Under the pieces are notes generated by a model. That model worked only from the letters and a program-made list of their open reading frames with translations. It did no database searches and was not told the DNA's origin. The translations under genes were made by a program, and so were the position numbers. Below, piece by piece: positions 48,255 through 58,066 of a stretch of 64,000 nt of DNA (position 1 is its first letter; every line of letters starts with the position of its first letter). This DNA comes from Rickettsiales bacterium (GTDB taxonomy: Bacteria > Pseudomonadota > Alphaproteobacteria > Rickettsiales > UBA8987), in assembly GCA_020630095.1 (NCBI GenBank), contig JAHDCD010000004.1, forward strand, positions 13,580 through 77,579. The letters are read 5' to 3'.

Positions 48255-51200
48255 CTATTGCTGATAGCTGGTAGATATTGAATGATATATTGTTTTGAGC
48301 CGTGCCGAAATCAGCAATTTGCATTGCCTCTGTATAAGTAAAATTACTAGTCGTTGCTTGATACGAAGCTATTTCGTTACCATTATCTAGTATTGTAATT
48401 TCGTATTTTTCAGATTCTTCAGAAAGTGGAATATCAACAAAGTCTTTCCAATCTCCGCCAAGCCTCGTGCGCCTTAGCCATGAAATCTCAAAATCATTAG
48501 CTGATTTATTAACCTCAATATTTACAGGCGAATAAGGCTTTAGTGTTTTTGCAGCATAAGTAAATGGTTGCTCTTGCGTTTCTACTATATTATCGCCTGA
48601 AGTAACGCCCTTGTAATGACGCTCTGAATTAAACAGAGAACTAACTACATCAATTTTAGAGATAGAGTTATCAAGCAGGATAAACCTATCGCCTATATCA
48701 TGATTAGCTATTTCGTGTTCTGTGCCATATCTGCCGCGCAGGAAGTTAGATAATCTGTAATATTTATCGCCAATTAAGCTTGCCGTTTGAAATTGCACTA
48801 ACTCGTTATTTATTAAAGCTAAGTTAGAACCATTAAGCATTTGAGCCTTGGTTACAGATGATAATTCACCTTCAATTAGCTGAACTTCAACTTCAGAATC
48901 AATATCTGTAATATTGCCTTCATGTATGGTTGAAAGAGTATTTAAGCAAGCACCTATTACTGAATAATTATCTGTGCTTGATATTGAGCCAAAATTATTG
49001 CCACCGCCAACTCCGCCATCATCAGAGCGATAAGTTATAGCACCTTGCCAGTTTTCACCTAGTGGAGCTACGGCAATTCTTAGTTTGCCTAAATTATCAA
49101 CATCTTCTTCTAATGCAGGAATATCAATAAGCTCAAGCTTAGTATCTGGTAAGATATAACCGATATCTTCATTCGATTCTGATAAACCAACTGGAATATA
49201 GAAATCATACGAGCTTATATCTTCAGCTACGCCTTGAACTTCCATTAAGCCGTTTCGTTCAATATTAATCTTATTGATGCGGATTTGATGGGTAACACCT
49301 TGAACCTCAACATCAATAATATCTGTAGGTTCTAAATAAGCATATTTAGGCGGAATAATTAGGCTATATGATGTTCTTCTTATCCAAGAGTTATAAAGCG
49401 TAATATCGGCTATATTACGCCCTTGCTGGTCATTTAGAACGATTGGTAAGTTCAAGCCTACTTTTTCAATAGCATTAACAGTATGACGCTGTGAACGCTG
49501 AACAGATGGATCGTAATTAGCAATTCGACTAATATATGAGATATTAACCTCTTTCGGTAATTCCAACTCTTGTGTGCGAGTTATCTGTAAAACATCTCGA
49601 ATATTGCCATCTTTATTGAGCGGAACAAGCTCATCTTGAGCTATGTTAGCAACCGCATCACTTCCACGCCTTTTGAATTTTAAGATACCGTCAGATTCGA
49701 CCATATCAAAAAAGTATGCTGCTTGCAGATGCTCTATAACCTGCCTAACGGTGCTTATTTGCATCCTGATATAGCCATCAACAATATCAGTAAGCTCAGA
49801 TACATCAAAGTCTGAATCTAACAGCCCTACTTTGCATAAATGATGAGCAATTATTGCCCCTAATGTTGAATTGCCTAATTTGCCTTGAACCCAATGGCCG
49901 CTTGAATATAGCCTAGCATCAGCCCATACGCTCTCAAAATCTGGCCATAAAGGGTAAGGTCTAGCATCCCATGTCCATAAAAAAGCTCTAGGTGTTAAAC
50001 CAGATTCCGCTTGATTGCGTTCTGTTAAATAATCAATAGTAGCTTCTAAGGCTTCTCTTTGAGCTACATAATCTATTCTGCCTTTTGAAGCTCTAGGGTA
50101 ATGGCTTTCTGATGAGGTAGGATCATAAAATACATTTGGTTGATTTGCAGCCCCATCTAAAGAAGGAAAGCCAAACTCCGTAAACCATACAGGCTTTGAT
50201 TTTGGAACCCATGCGGTATTATTGCCATCAGGGTTTTGATGTGTGTTAGACCACCAATATTCAAGATTTTTCCATGCGTATTTATTATCTGAATAATTGG
50301 TTTTGCCAGTACGATTTGCTGAATCTAAGTAATAATAGTCCCAACCTTCGCCAGATTCCCAGCCTTGCTTGATTTTATCATAAGTTATTTGAGCTTGTGG
50401 TAAGTCATCAGTTAATGGGAAATAAGCATCTATACCGATAAAATCTATATCAGGTGAAGCCCAAAGCGGATCCATATTGAACCAACCATTAACTGAATGA
50501 TACTCGCTCCAGTCCGCAGCGTAAGTTACTGCAACAGAACTACCAACAGCAGATTTTACAAGTGAAGCTAGATTAACGAATTGGTCAACAACGGGGTAAA
50601 CTCCACTAGTTTCAGTAAAATTGGTTAAGCCTCGAAGTTCTGAACCAATTACGATAGCAGAAATTAGGTCTTTCAAATTTACCGAATCGACCTGAAGATT
50701 AGCGTAATGTAATATGTAATCATTGTAGCCATTAACTTTTGTGAAGAAATTATTAGCATCAGCGGTGCTTTGCGGTGTTATTCTGCCTCGCCATGGCTTA
50801 GGGTTAGGCTCTGTTTCATCAACAAATATCATGGGGTAAAGCATGATATTTAAGCCTCTATTCTTAAGCTCTTGGCATATCTCAATTATGCTTCTGTCTG
50901 ATGGTGTACCGCCATAGGTAATTGAGCCATCAGGCAGAGTAAGTACCATTTGAGCGGTATGTCTATTCAGCCCTGCAACTTCCCATTCATAAGGTTCAGT
51001 TGATGTAGTATCTGCATTATATTCAACTTTAGGGATTACATCGCAAGCTCCTGCATCTGTTGATGTGCCGAACCAAGTTACCACTAGCGCCACCCATTCT
51101 AGGTTTGGCAGAGTTTCTTGGAGCTTATCTAGCGAAGGTAAAACATTCGCCACACCCTCAAAATTGTGCATGTTTATAGACTCTTTCTTTCCATTAGGAT

Positions 51201-51954
51201 TGAAAGTGCCATAGGCATAATATCCTGTGATTTTTTGATATACAGATGTTGAATATACGAACTCGCCCGCCCCAGGTATTAAAACTATGTCCGTTACCTT
51301 ATCTTCTAATGCAGGTGTGAAGCGGATATTACGCTTAACTTCAAAAGTAAAATTTGGAATACGGTTACCGAATTTAAGTAATGGCAAATCTTCAATTACA
51401 ATATAAGCAAGCCCTCTATAAGCTGGAACATTACCAACACCTTCAAAAGATTCTATTATCGGGTCAGGCAATTGCTCTTCAGTGCCAAGATAGATATTAT
51501 ATTTACCTTCAGCACCATTTACGAAGTTATTATCAATAACTTCAGTATCAGCCCAAGTTTTGACAATTTCTGTTATCTCGCCTTCGCATATACCAATGGC
51601 AAGTGTAGCGTAATACTCATAAGTATTGGTTGTTTGTGAAGTAGATGGCCCACCGCCTTTACCTTGCTGTTGAGTATTAGTTTGAGATTTCTTAACCTCT
51701 TTGATCTCTTGAGCCCATATAATATTGCCGGCTAACCTTGCTGTGCCGAATATTTCAGGGATGGACTTGCCATAATTTGAGGTTTGTATTCTTAAGTCAG
51801 CTAGTCTAGGCCCTTCTACCGTTGGTTGCTCAATAGTATCTGCACCAAAGGTTCTTGATAATATAGTGCCAATTCCTGCACCTAATTTAGCACCGGTTGG
51901 ACCGCCGATAATGAAGCCACCTACAGCTCCTATTACTGGTAATGCGGAAGTCAT
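48217..51954 (-). CDS. host-specificity/central tail protein, RcGTA g15-like (1245 aa)
   Basis: Size, position after the NlpC/P60 gene, and a Gly-rich N-terminus. A central glycoside-hydrolase/TIM-barrel-like region is typical of GTA g15 homologues (from memory). Confidence 0.7.
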   Translation of the reverse strand: MTSALPVIGAVGGFIIGGPTGAKLGAGIGTILSRTFGADTIEQPTVEGPRLADLRIQTSNYGKSIPEIFGTARLAGNIIWAQEIKEVKKSQTNTQQQGKGGGPSTSQTTNTYEYYATLAIGICEGEITEIVKTWADTEVIDNNFVNGAEGKYNIYLGTEEQLPDPIIESFEGVGNVPAYRGLAYIVIEDLPLLKFGNRIPNFTFEVKRNIRFTPALEDKVTDIVLIPGAGEFVYSTSVYQKITGYYAYGTFNPNGKKESINMHNFEGVANVLPSLDKLQETLPNLEWVALVVTWFGTSTDAGACDVIPKVEYNADTTSTEPYEWEVAGLNRHTAQMVLTLPDGSITYGGTPSDRSIIEICQELKNRGLNIMLYPMIFVDETEPNPKPWRGRITPQSTADANNFFTKVNGYNDYILHYANLQVDSVNLKDLISAIVIGSELRGLTNFTETSGVYPVVDQFVNLASLVKSAVGSSVAVTYAADWSEYHSVNGWFNMDPLWASPDIDFIGIDAYFPLTDDLPQAQITYDKIKQGWESGEGWDYYYLDSANRTGKTNYSDNKYAWKNLEYWWSNTHQNPDGNNTAWVPKSKPVWFTEFGFPSLDGAANQPNVFYDPTSSESHYPRASKGRIDYVAQREALEATIDYLTERNQAESGLTPRAFLWTWDARPYPLWPDFESVWADARLYSSGHWVQGKLGNSTLGAIIAHHLCKVGLLDSDFDVSELTDIVDGYIRMQISTVRQVIEHLQAAYFFDMVESDGILKFKRRGSDAVANIAQDELVPLNKDGNIRDVLQITRTQELELPKEVNISYISRIANYDPSVQRSQRHTVNAIEKVGLNLPIVLNDQQGRNIADITLYNSWIRRTSYSLIIPPKYAYLEPTDIIDVEVQGVTHQIRINKINIERNGLMEVQGVAEDISSYDFYIPVGLSESNEDIGYILPDTKLELIDIPALEEDVDNLGKLRIAVAPLGENWQGAITYRSDDGGVGGGNNFGSISSTDNYSVIGACLNTLSTIHEGNITDIDSEVEVQLIEGELSSVTKAQMLNGSNLALINNELVQFQTASLIGDKYYRLSNFLRGRYGTEHEIANHDIGDRFILLDNSISKIDVVSSLFNSERHYKGVTSGDNIVETQEQPFTYAAKTLKPYSPVNIEVNKSANDFEISWLRRTRLGGDWKDFVDIPLSEESEKYEITILDNGNEIASYQATTSNFTYTEAMQIADFGTAQNNISFNIYQLSAIVGRGYPAHGTSN

Positions 51955-52427
51955 TTTATTCTATAAATTGCTACTATTCGCTTACGCCAATTTTCGTTAA
52001 TGCGGTGTTCAACAACTTTTCCAGATGATAGATAGCAATGAATGAGGGTAAGTTGTCCCTCTATTTCGCCAATAAATGCTGTATGTTGAGGGTTGTTTGC
52101 AAAGCGAAGTAATGCTATATCGCCAAGTTTAATATTTTGTTTAGGTATTTCTTTTAAGTAATTGTTAAGTTTAGCTTTTAATCTTTTGCCGTCAGGTAAG
52201 TTTGAGTAATTGATTTCATCATATTCAGATAACAACTTTCCGTTAGAGTCTTTTATTTGAAGTTCATTTAATACGCCAATTATAAGCCCTAAACAATCCA
52301 CACCGCCATTATGATTAGAGGATTTTTTCAGTCGCCCTTGATGATGATATTTCGTGCCTAGCCAAGTTCTAGCTTGAGTTACTATTTTATCAGATAATGG
52401 CATCTGTGGTTGGTATGTGAGGTTCAC
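51951..52427 (-). CDS. NlpC/P60 family phage cell-wall peptidase (RcGTA g14-like)
   Basis: Has GGVDCLGLI (catalytic Cys) and a downstream His (PQHTAFIG). The position is conserved. Confidence 0.75.
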   Translation of the reverse strand: MNLTYQPQMPLSDKIVTQARTWLGTKYHHQGRLKKSSNHNGGVDCLGLIIGVLNELQIKDSNGKLLSEYDEINYSNLPDGKRLKAKLNNYLKEIPKQNIKLGDIALLRFANNPQHTAFIGEIEGQLTLIHCYLSSGKVVEHRINENWRKRIVAIYRIK

Positions 52428-53214
52428 CTCTAAAATTTATTATATTAGAAAACTTGTTTTTGCATGAATCTAAGCTTTTATCGCAACCCGCTATTGCTTT
52501 GATGTTATCGCCAACTTGAATTTCATAAGGCATAGGCAAGGCTAAGATTATAAAGTTTTCGGTAAATTCTTTAACTTCCATTCTAAGCCCTTGATTAGAG
52601 CCTGAGGTAAATTCAACTTCGCCGCCAGTAAAATAACCTGCATTTTGAGTAAGGTTATTAGTTCTAAAAGTAATATTATTAACAACTTCAGCTACATTAT
52701 CAGCGAATGTAAATGCAGATAAATTAGCCTTGCATCTGCTGTCGCCTAAATCTGCCCTGCAAGATTTGCTATATAATTGACCGATATTCTTTTGGATATT
52801 CTCTGATAACCCACGAAGTTCAGCGGTAAAACTATCTTTCTGTAATGACACTTCGCCAATACGACCACGCTTTAATATCATTTTACCTTGCGATAAATCA
52901 GCATAATTAAGCGAAAATATTAGAACTTCTGCATAGTCATATTTACCCGCAAGCAAATCTGGTGCTGTAATATGGTTAGAATGAAGCCCTGCTTGTATAT
53001 CAAGATTATCAACCGCCAGATTACCCTTTGCTTCAACTGAAGTTGGCGTAAATCCTGCTATTGAGATGTAATTAAAGCCCTCAAATTCAATATCCTTATC
53101 AGCATCAGTAAAGGCTTTTATATCGCCATTGGTAAGCTGAATTAGCCAACAAGTGGCAAGAGTAGTTAAATCTTGCTCAAGATGGCTTTTAAGCTCATTA
53201 GATATAGTTTTCAT
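52390..53214 (-). CDS. DUF2163 / BR0599-family phage protein (RcGTA g13-like)
   Basis: Contains the N-terminal LATCWLIQLTNGDIKAFTDADKDIEF pattern and the C-terminal CDKSLDSCKNKFSNIINFRGEPHIP. Confidence 0.7.
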   Translation of the reverse strand: MKTISNELKSHLEQDLTTLATCWLIQLTNGDIKAFTDADKDIEFEGFNYISIAGFTPTSVEAKGNLAVDNLDIQAGLHSNHITAPDLLAGKYDYAEVLIFSLNYADLSQGKMILKRGRIGEVSLQKDSFTAELRGLSENIQKNIGQLYSKSCRADLGDSRCKANLSAFTFADNVAEVVNNITFRTNNLTQNAGYFTGGEVEFTSGSNQGLRMEVKEFTENFIILALPMPYEIQVGDNIKAIAGCDKSLDSCKNKFSNIINFRGEPHIPTTDAII

Positions 53215-53819
53215 AAGCGTAATTCAATTAGCGGAATATCAGACCATGAACGAGTACCGAAATCATCTATGGAAGCATCTAAGCTGTCCGTGTCGAATCT
53301 TACAGGGACATCAAATTCAAAATTAGCCGTAATTATTGCACCATTATTAGGCGGAGTATCAAAATTAACTATGCCGGTTACGTAATCTACGCTGTAGCCA
53401 TTTGTTTGCTCAATAGAGTCTAAGAATATCTTAAACTCATCATTATCAACAGGCTTTGAAATATTGCGGATAATTTCTTGCCCTGCATTGGAGTAAGTTT
53501 TAACAAGCTGAAATTCAGTTGTAGCATCATCGCCAGTACCGATTTGCTGATTATTAGCTTTATAATCTAGCCAGTCTTTAAACCTAAAGCCAATTGCTCT
53601 GCCACGCCTTGCATGGAAGAACTCAATAAGAGCTTCCATTTGAGCCTGCTTCTTTACACCATGAGCTACATTATATTTTGCTCTTGGCAGTTGCCAGTTG
53701 ATATTTCTTTGCTCATGACCGTTAAATGTTTCTACAATATCCGTTGAATATACAGGCCCACCAGATGAGCCGTATGATATATCAGGTGGGAACTGAATTT
53801 CTGCAAATGATGAAGTCAT
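53211..53819 (-). CDS. DUF2460 distal tail protein (RcGTA g12-like)
   Basis: Contains FPPDISYGSSGGPVYSTDIVETFNGHEQRNINW and KYNVAHGVK. Confidence 0.75.
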   Translation of the reverse strand: MTSSFAEIQFPPDISYGSSGGPVYSTDIVETFNGHEQRNINWQLPRAKYNVAHGVKKQAQMEALIEFFHARRGRAIGFRFKDWLDYKANNQQIGTGDDATTEFQLVKTYSNAGQEIIRNISKPVDNDEFKIFLDSIEQTNGYSVDYVTGIVNFDTPPNNGAIITANFEFDVPVRFDTDSLDASIDDFGTRSWSDIPLIELRL

Positions 53820-53967
53820 TATGGTAGTTTTATGATGTTTTAAGCCTTGGTGTACATTAAATGTGGTAAATATTATACATATATAACAACACCTTAATTG
53901 GCGTTATGCAGTTTAGCTATTTTTATTTACTTAACTGCGATTAAATATGCCTAATCTAATCGTAATT

Positions 53968-54005
53968 AACGCTAAAACTAACACAAAACTGTTAGTTTTA
54001 GCGTT
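53968..54005. promoter_or_regulatory. perfect 15 bp inverted repeat with an 8 nt spacer at the edge of the inserted HTH/Fic module
   Basis: Reads AACGCTAAAACTAACacaaaactGTTAGTTTTAGCGTT. Confidence 0.6.
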
Positions 54006-54052
54006 AGTATAGTTGGTAAACTTTTGTAATTCATTTACTGGAATCATTTTTA

Positions 54053-54133
54053 AATGTATATATTGATAAATTACCTTGCTTTTCAATGTATATATTGATA
54101 TAGTAAGTCATAAACTCAATTTATATATTGATT
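54053..54133 (+). promoter_or_regulatory. three direct copies of a 16 bp motif (AATGTATATATTGATA) spaced 32-33 bp apart; the last abuts the ATG at 54134
   Basis: The copies lie at 54053-54068, 54085-54100 and 54118-54133. The third reads AATTTATATATTGATT. Confidence 0.65.
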
Positions 54134-54589
54134 ATGGGTAAGTTTAATAAATTACAATTAGAGTCTTTAGATAAGCAAATTAAGCAAGCTAATTGCCCTA
54201 GAACACCTAATGGCGGTTGGTTAAAGGCAATTCGTACAGCTCTTAAAATGCCATTATCTGCGGTAGCTTCAAGAATAGGAGTTAGCTCGCAGGCTGTATC
54301 TCAAGCAGAAAAACTTGAAGATCAAGGCTCAATATCTATTTCTCAACTAAATAAGATAGCTAACGCTATGGGCTTTGAACTACATTATGCTCTAAAGCCT
54401 ATAGATAATAAATCTATAAATGATGTTATTAAGGCTCAAGCTATGGTTAAAGCAAAGCAGATTGTCGATAAGGTTGATATTACCATGACTATTGAAGATC
54501 AAAAAGTAACATCTTCAAAGCAATCTATTGAGCAGTTAGCTAACGAATTAGCAGATAATCTTAACAGCAAATTATGGCAAGATGATTAA
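54134..54589 (+). CDS. HTH XRE-type protein ('mobile mystery protein A'-like)
   Basis: LKAIRTALKMPLSAVASRIGVSSQAVSQAEK is an HTH. The gene is paired with a Fic gene and overlaps it by 8 nt. The start was set at the ATG (54134) rather than the track TTG at 54128. Confidence 0.7.
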   Translation: MGKFNKLQLESLDKQIKQANCPRTPNGGWLKAIRTALKMPLSAVASRIGVSSQAVSQAEKLEDQGSISISQLNKIANAMGFELHYALKPIDNKSINDVIKAQAMVKAKQIVDKVDITMTIEDQKVTSSKQSIEQLANELADNLNSKLWQDD

Positions 54590-55166
54590 GTATTTCTACC
54601 CTGAAGGAGCAACTCCGATTGATGAACAAGAGAAGCTAGCTCTAATACCTATTCTTTCAAATATGGAAGAGCTTAACCTTTGGGAGCAAGAAAACATTAT
54701 CGAAGCTTATACATGGCTTAGCCGAGCTAGACTTCAGAACACCGATATCTTTACTGAAAAGTTCATTTGCAATCTACATAAACGAATGTTTAGCCGCACT
54801 TGGAAATGGGCTGGCGAATATCGTAAAACAAACAAGAATATTGGTTGTGAGTTTCATTTAGTACCTATTGAACTTAATTATCTATTAGAAGATGCTAAGT
54901 TTTGGCTTGATAATTCAACTTATACTATTCATCAACTTGCTTTGGCTTTCCACCATAGGCTTGTTAAAATCCATCTATTCCCCAATGGCAATGGAAGGCA
55001 TGCAAGGCTTATGGCAGATTGTATAGCTAAAAAATTAGGGGCAGAATATCTTAATTGGGGTTGGGATATGCAAGCAGATAATGACTATCGTAAATTATAC
55101 ATATCAGCATTGAAAGAAGCTGATTATGGTGATTACACGTCTTTATTTAAAATATTCAAAGTTTAA
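54582..55166 (+). CDS. Fic-domain protein ('mobile mystery protein B'-like)
   Basis: Carries the Fic motif HLFPNGNGRHARL. Confidence 0.85.
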   Translation: MIKYFYPEGATPIDEQEKLALIPILSNMEELNLWEQENIIEAYTWLSRARLQNTDIFTEKFICNLHKRMFSRTWKWAGEYRKTNKNIGCEFHLVPIELNYLLEDAKFWLDNSTYTIHQLALAFHHRLVKIHLFPNGNGRHARLMADCIAKKLGAEYLNWGWDMQADNDYRKLYISALKEADYGDYTSLFKIFKV

Positions 55167-58066
55167 AGATTACGCCTTGCCCGTTTAATTGCTAGTGCCA
55201 TGTCTGCAGTTATTTGCTTTTCAGAACGCCTAAATGAGCTAGCATCTTGAGCAGATATATTCATATTTATTGTAATGTTATCGCCTTTAGAAGAGCTGTT
55301 ATTATTGGTATTATTTACCGTTTGGTAGTTATCTGGAATAAATAACTCTGCACCTTTTTCGCCTACAACATGAAGGTTGTTAGCCATAACAGAGCCGCCA
55401 TTAGCATAATAACCTGCAAAATTACCCATCTTATGATTAGGTATAATTTCACCGTTGGCTGAAGGCACAAATAGTTCAGGTCCTCGCTCTCCTACTACAA
55501 TTGGAACAGATGATTTAACCATTCCACCGTTAGCAAAGAATCCGCCGAATATTGAGCTAAAGTCACCACCGAAAAAGGAGTCTCCGCCAGTTGAACCGCC
55601 ACCGAATAAAAAATCTCCAACAAATTGCGTGGTAAAGTTGAGAGCGATATCCTCAAAGCTGGTCATCATGTCTTTCCAGCCATCTTTACCTTTTGTGAAA
55701 ACGGATTTTAAGCCGTCAGTAAACGCACTTTTAAAATCTTCTGTGAATTGGTCTGTATGCTCTAATGATTGGTCTAATTCTTGCTTAACATTGTCAGAAA
55801 AGTCTAATTCAGGTAAGCTAAAGTTACCTGCTAAATCAAGTTCAGGCCTTGAATAGCTAAATTCGGGAGTGTCAAAACTAGGTGTATCAAATGAAGGCGT
55901 TGAAATCTCAGGCTTGGAGAAATCAATCTTTTGTGAAGAAGATGCTAGTTTAGATATTTTATCATCTGTATTTTCAGCAGCATTAGCTACAGAATTTAAA
56001 CTTTCTTCGGCTTCTTCTAAGCGATTAGATTCTCCGATTATGTCATCTACGAAATCAGAAAAGAAGCCACCTATTCCATCAAACAAGTCTGAGAATGTAC
56101 TAGATACGCTCTCGCCAATATCAATAAATACGGAACTAACCGTGTCATACATACTTGTAAAGAAACCGCCTATTTCTGGCATTGTTTCTGCTACATAGTT
56201 ATAGATTCCACTAAATGTATCTTCAGCAAAGCTATATATACCGCTAAATACTTGGCCAACAGGCTCAAGAAACTCACCGAAAAATCCAACTATAGAAGAC
56301 AGTGTATTAGCTGTAGTTTTTGCAAGGTAATTAAATCCTTCACTAATATTGCTAGTTATACCGACAAAAATGTCGCTAACAAATTCGTAAACCCCAGTTA
56401 AAGCGGAACTAACAACATTATAAATCTGCTCGAAGCCTTGAATATGCCAATCAACAATGGTTTGAATGAAGTTGCCAACTCGCTCTGATATTACATTCCA
56501 TGTACCGAAAATAATATTGCCAACAGATGCGTTTAATTCACCTACAGATACAATTTTATCTTTGAAGAATTGAAAAGCTCCAATAACAGCAGTAACCGCT
56601 CCTATGGCTAAACCAATAGGACCTGTAAGAAACGCAAAGGCAGCTCCTAAAATTCTAAGCCCTCCAGAAAGTAAGGTGCTAGCACTTCCCATTAAAGAAA
56701 AGCTGGTGGTTACATTTGCTGCTGCGAAACTAAACTTTAAGCCTAATGTCGATGCAAGGCTGATAAGCCTTAAAAACATCGGGGCAAGCTTTAGAAGTGT
56801 TAGCCCAGTTAAAGCTATACCTAAAATTTCAGCATTTTCTGCTAAAAACATAAAGGCAGAGCCAAGCGATTTGGCAAATACTTCAACAGCACCGCTATTT
56901 AGGAAAGTAATTAACTTATCAGATAGCAGAATTATTGCCGGTGCTAATTCTTTACCAATAGTCTTAGCTGCATCTTTGAAGTTATTGCCAAGTAAGGTAA
57001 GCTTTGAACGAAGTGTAGAAAATGCAACGGCAACTTCTTCATTTAATGCCTTGTTTTGTTGATAAGCTCTATTTGAATCTTCAACTTTTGATTTTAGAAC
57101 ATCAAAGTTTTTAGCCAATAATGGCATAATAGCGTTAATTTCTGTGCCATTAAGCCCTAAAGATTTTAGCGTTTTAGCAGCACTTCCGCCTTGGTCAATT
57201 ATACCTTTTAATCCTTTGGTAAACGATAAGAAAGCTCCGAATGCATCTTCTTCAAATGCTTGCTTAAACTGGTCGCCAGTTTGACCAGTCAAAATGGATA
57301 GAGTCTTTAAGTCATCTCCTCCTTCTTGGCTGACCTTTTGCATGGTAAGGAATAACCTTAACATTGAAGAACGAGCAAGTTCAGGTTGTTGCCCGAATGA
57401 CGATAAGGTTGCACCTAAGCCTGCTATATCGGCACTCGCAACATCAAATTGAGCCAAGCCTTTAGAGATTTCAATTACCATCTTGGCAATTTCTCGTTCG
57501 GTGGTAGCTGAAGTGTTACCTAGATAAACTAAGGCTGAAGCTAGTTTATCAACAGATTCTATAGGCTCTCTAGTATTATTTAAAATACGAGCAAGAGTAG
57601 TCGCAGCAGCATCACCAGATAAATTACTGGCAGCTCCTAGTTTTGATATAGTTTCTGTAAATTTCTCAATATCCTTAGGTGCTGAAATACCTAGCTGTCC
57701 TGCCGCTTGTGCGATAGATAAAAGCTCATCTCTAGCGATAGGAATACGCTTAGACATATTGACGATATTGTCGCCTAAGCTTTCTAACGCTTCGCCTGCA
57801 AGTCCTGTAGTTTTACCTACACCAACTAAGCCAGTTTCATAATCAGCAAATGAGTTTACAGAAGCCCTTATAAACTGCCCGATACCAAGAGTAGCTATTG
57901 CACCTCTAACAGAAAATAGATTTTTCTTCAGTCTATCAAAGCTAGAATCAATCTCGCCCGCCATAGCACGAGAGTTTTTTCTAACTGAATTGATGGCGCT
58001 AATAAGCTTCTTACTACCTTGAAGTGCTCTTCGAGCATCAATGGTTACGAGTAATTTGCTTTCCAC
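55163..58066 (-). CDS. tail tape measure protein (967 aa, GTG start)
   Basis: Size, position after the chaperone frameshift, helical/Gly-rich hydrophobic central region, and short internal repeats (TPSFDTPSFDTPEF). Confidence 0.85.
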   Translation of the reverse strand: MESKLLVTIDARRALQGSKKLISAINSVRKNSRAMAGEIDSSFDRLKKNLFSVRGAIATLGIGQFIRASVNSFADYETGLVGVGKTTGLAGEALESLGDNIVNMSKRIPIARDELLSIAQAAGQLGISAPKDIEKFTETISKLGAASNLSGDAAATTLARILNNTREPIESVDKLASALVYLGNTSATTEREIAKMVIEISKGLAQFDVASADIAGLGATLSSFGQQPELARSSMLRLFLTMQKVSQEGGDDLKTLSILTGQTGDQFKQAFEEDAFGAFLSFTKGLKGIIDQGGSAAKTLKSLGLNGTEINAIMPLLAKNFDVLKSKVEDSNRAYQQNKALNEEVAVAFSTLRSKLTLLGNNFKDAAKTIGKELAPAIILLSDKLITFLNSGAVEVFAKSLGSAFMFLAENAEILGIALTGLTLLKLAPMFLRLISLASTLGLKFSFAAANVTTSFSLMGSASTLLSGGLRILGAAFAFLTGPIGLAIGAVTAVIGAFQFFKDKIVSVGELNASVGNIIFGTWNVISERVGNFIQTIVDWHIQGFEQIYNVVSSALTGVYEFVSDIFVGITSNISEGFNYLAKTTANTLSSIVGFFGEFLEPVGQVFSGIYSFAEDTFSGIYNYVAETMPEIGGFFTSMYDTVSSVFIDIGESVSSTFSDLFDGIGGFFSDFVDDIIGESNRLEEAEESLNSVANAAENTDDKISKLASSSQKIDFSKPEISTPSFDTPSFDTPEFSYSRPELDLAGNFSLPELDFSDNVKQELDQSLEHTDQFTEDFKSAFTDGLKSVFTKGKDGWKDMMTSFEDIALNFTTQFVGDFLFGGGSTGGDSFFGGDFSSIFGGFFANGGMVKSSVPIVVGERGPELFVPSANGEIIPNHKMGNFAGYYANGGSVMANNLHVVGEKGAELFIPDNYQTVNNTNNNSSSKGDNITINMNISAQDASSFRRSEKQITADMALAIKRARRNL

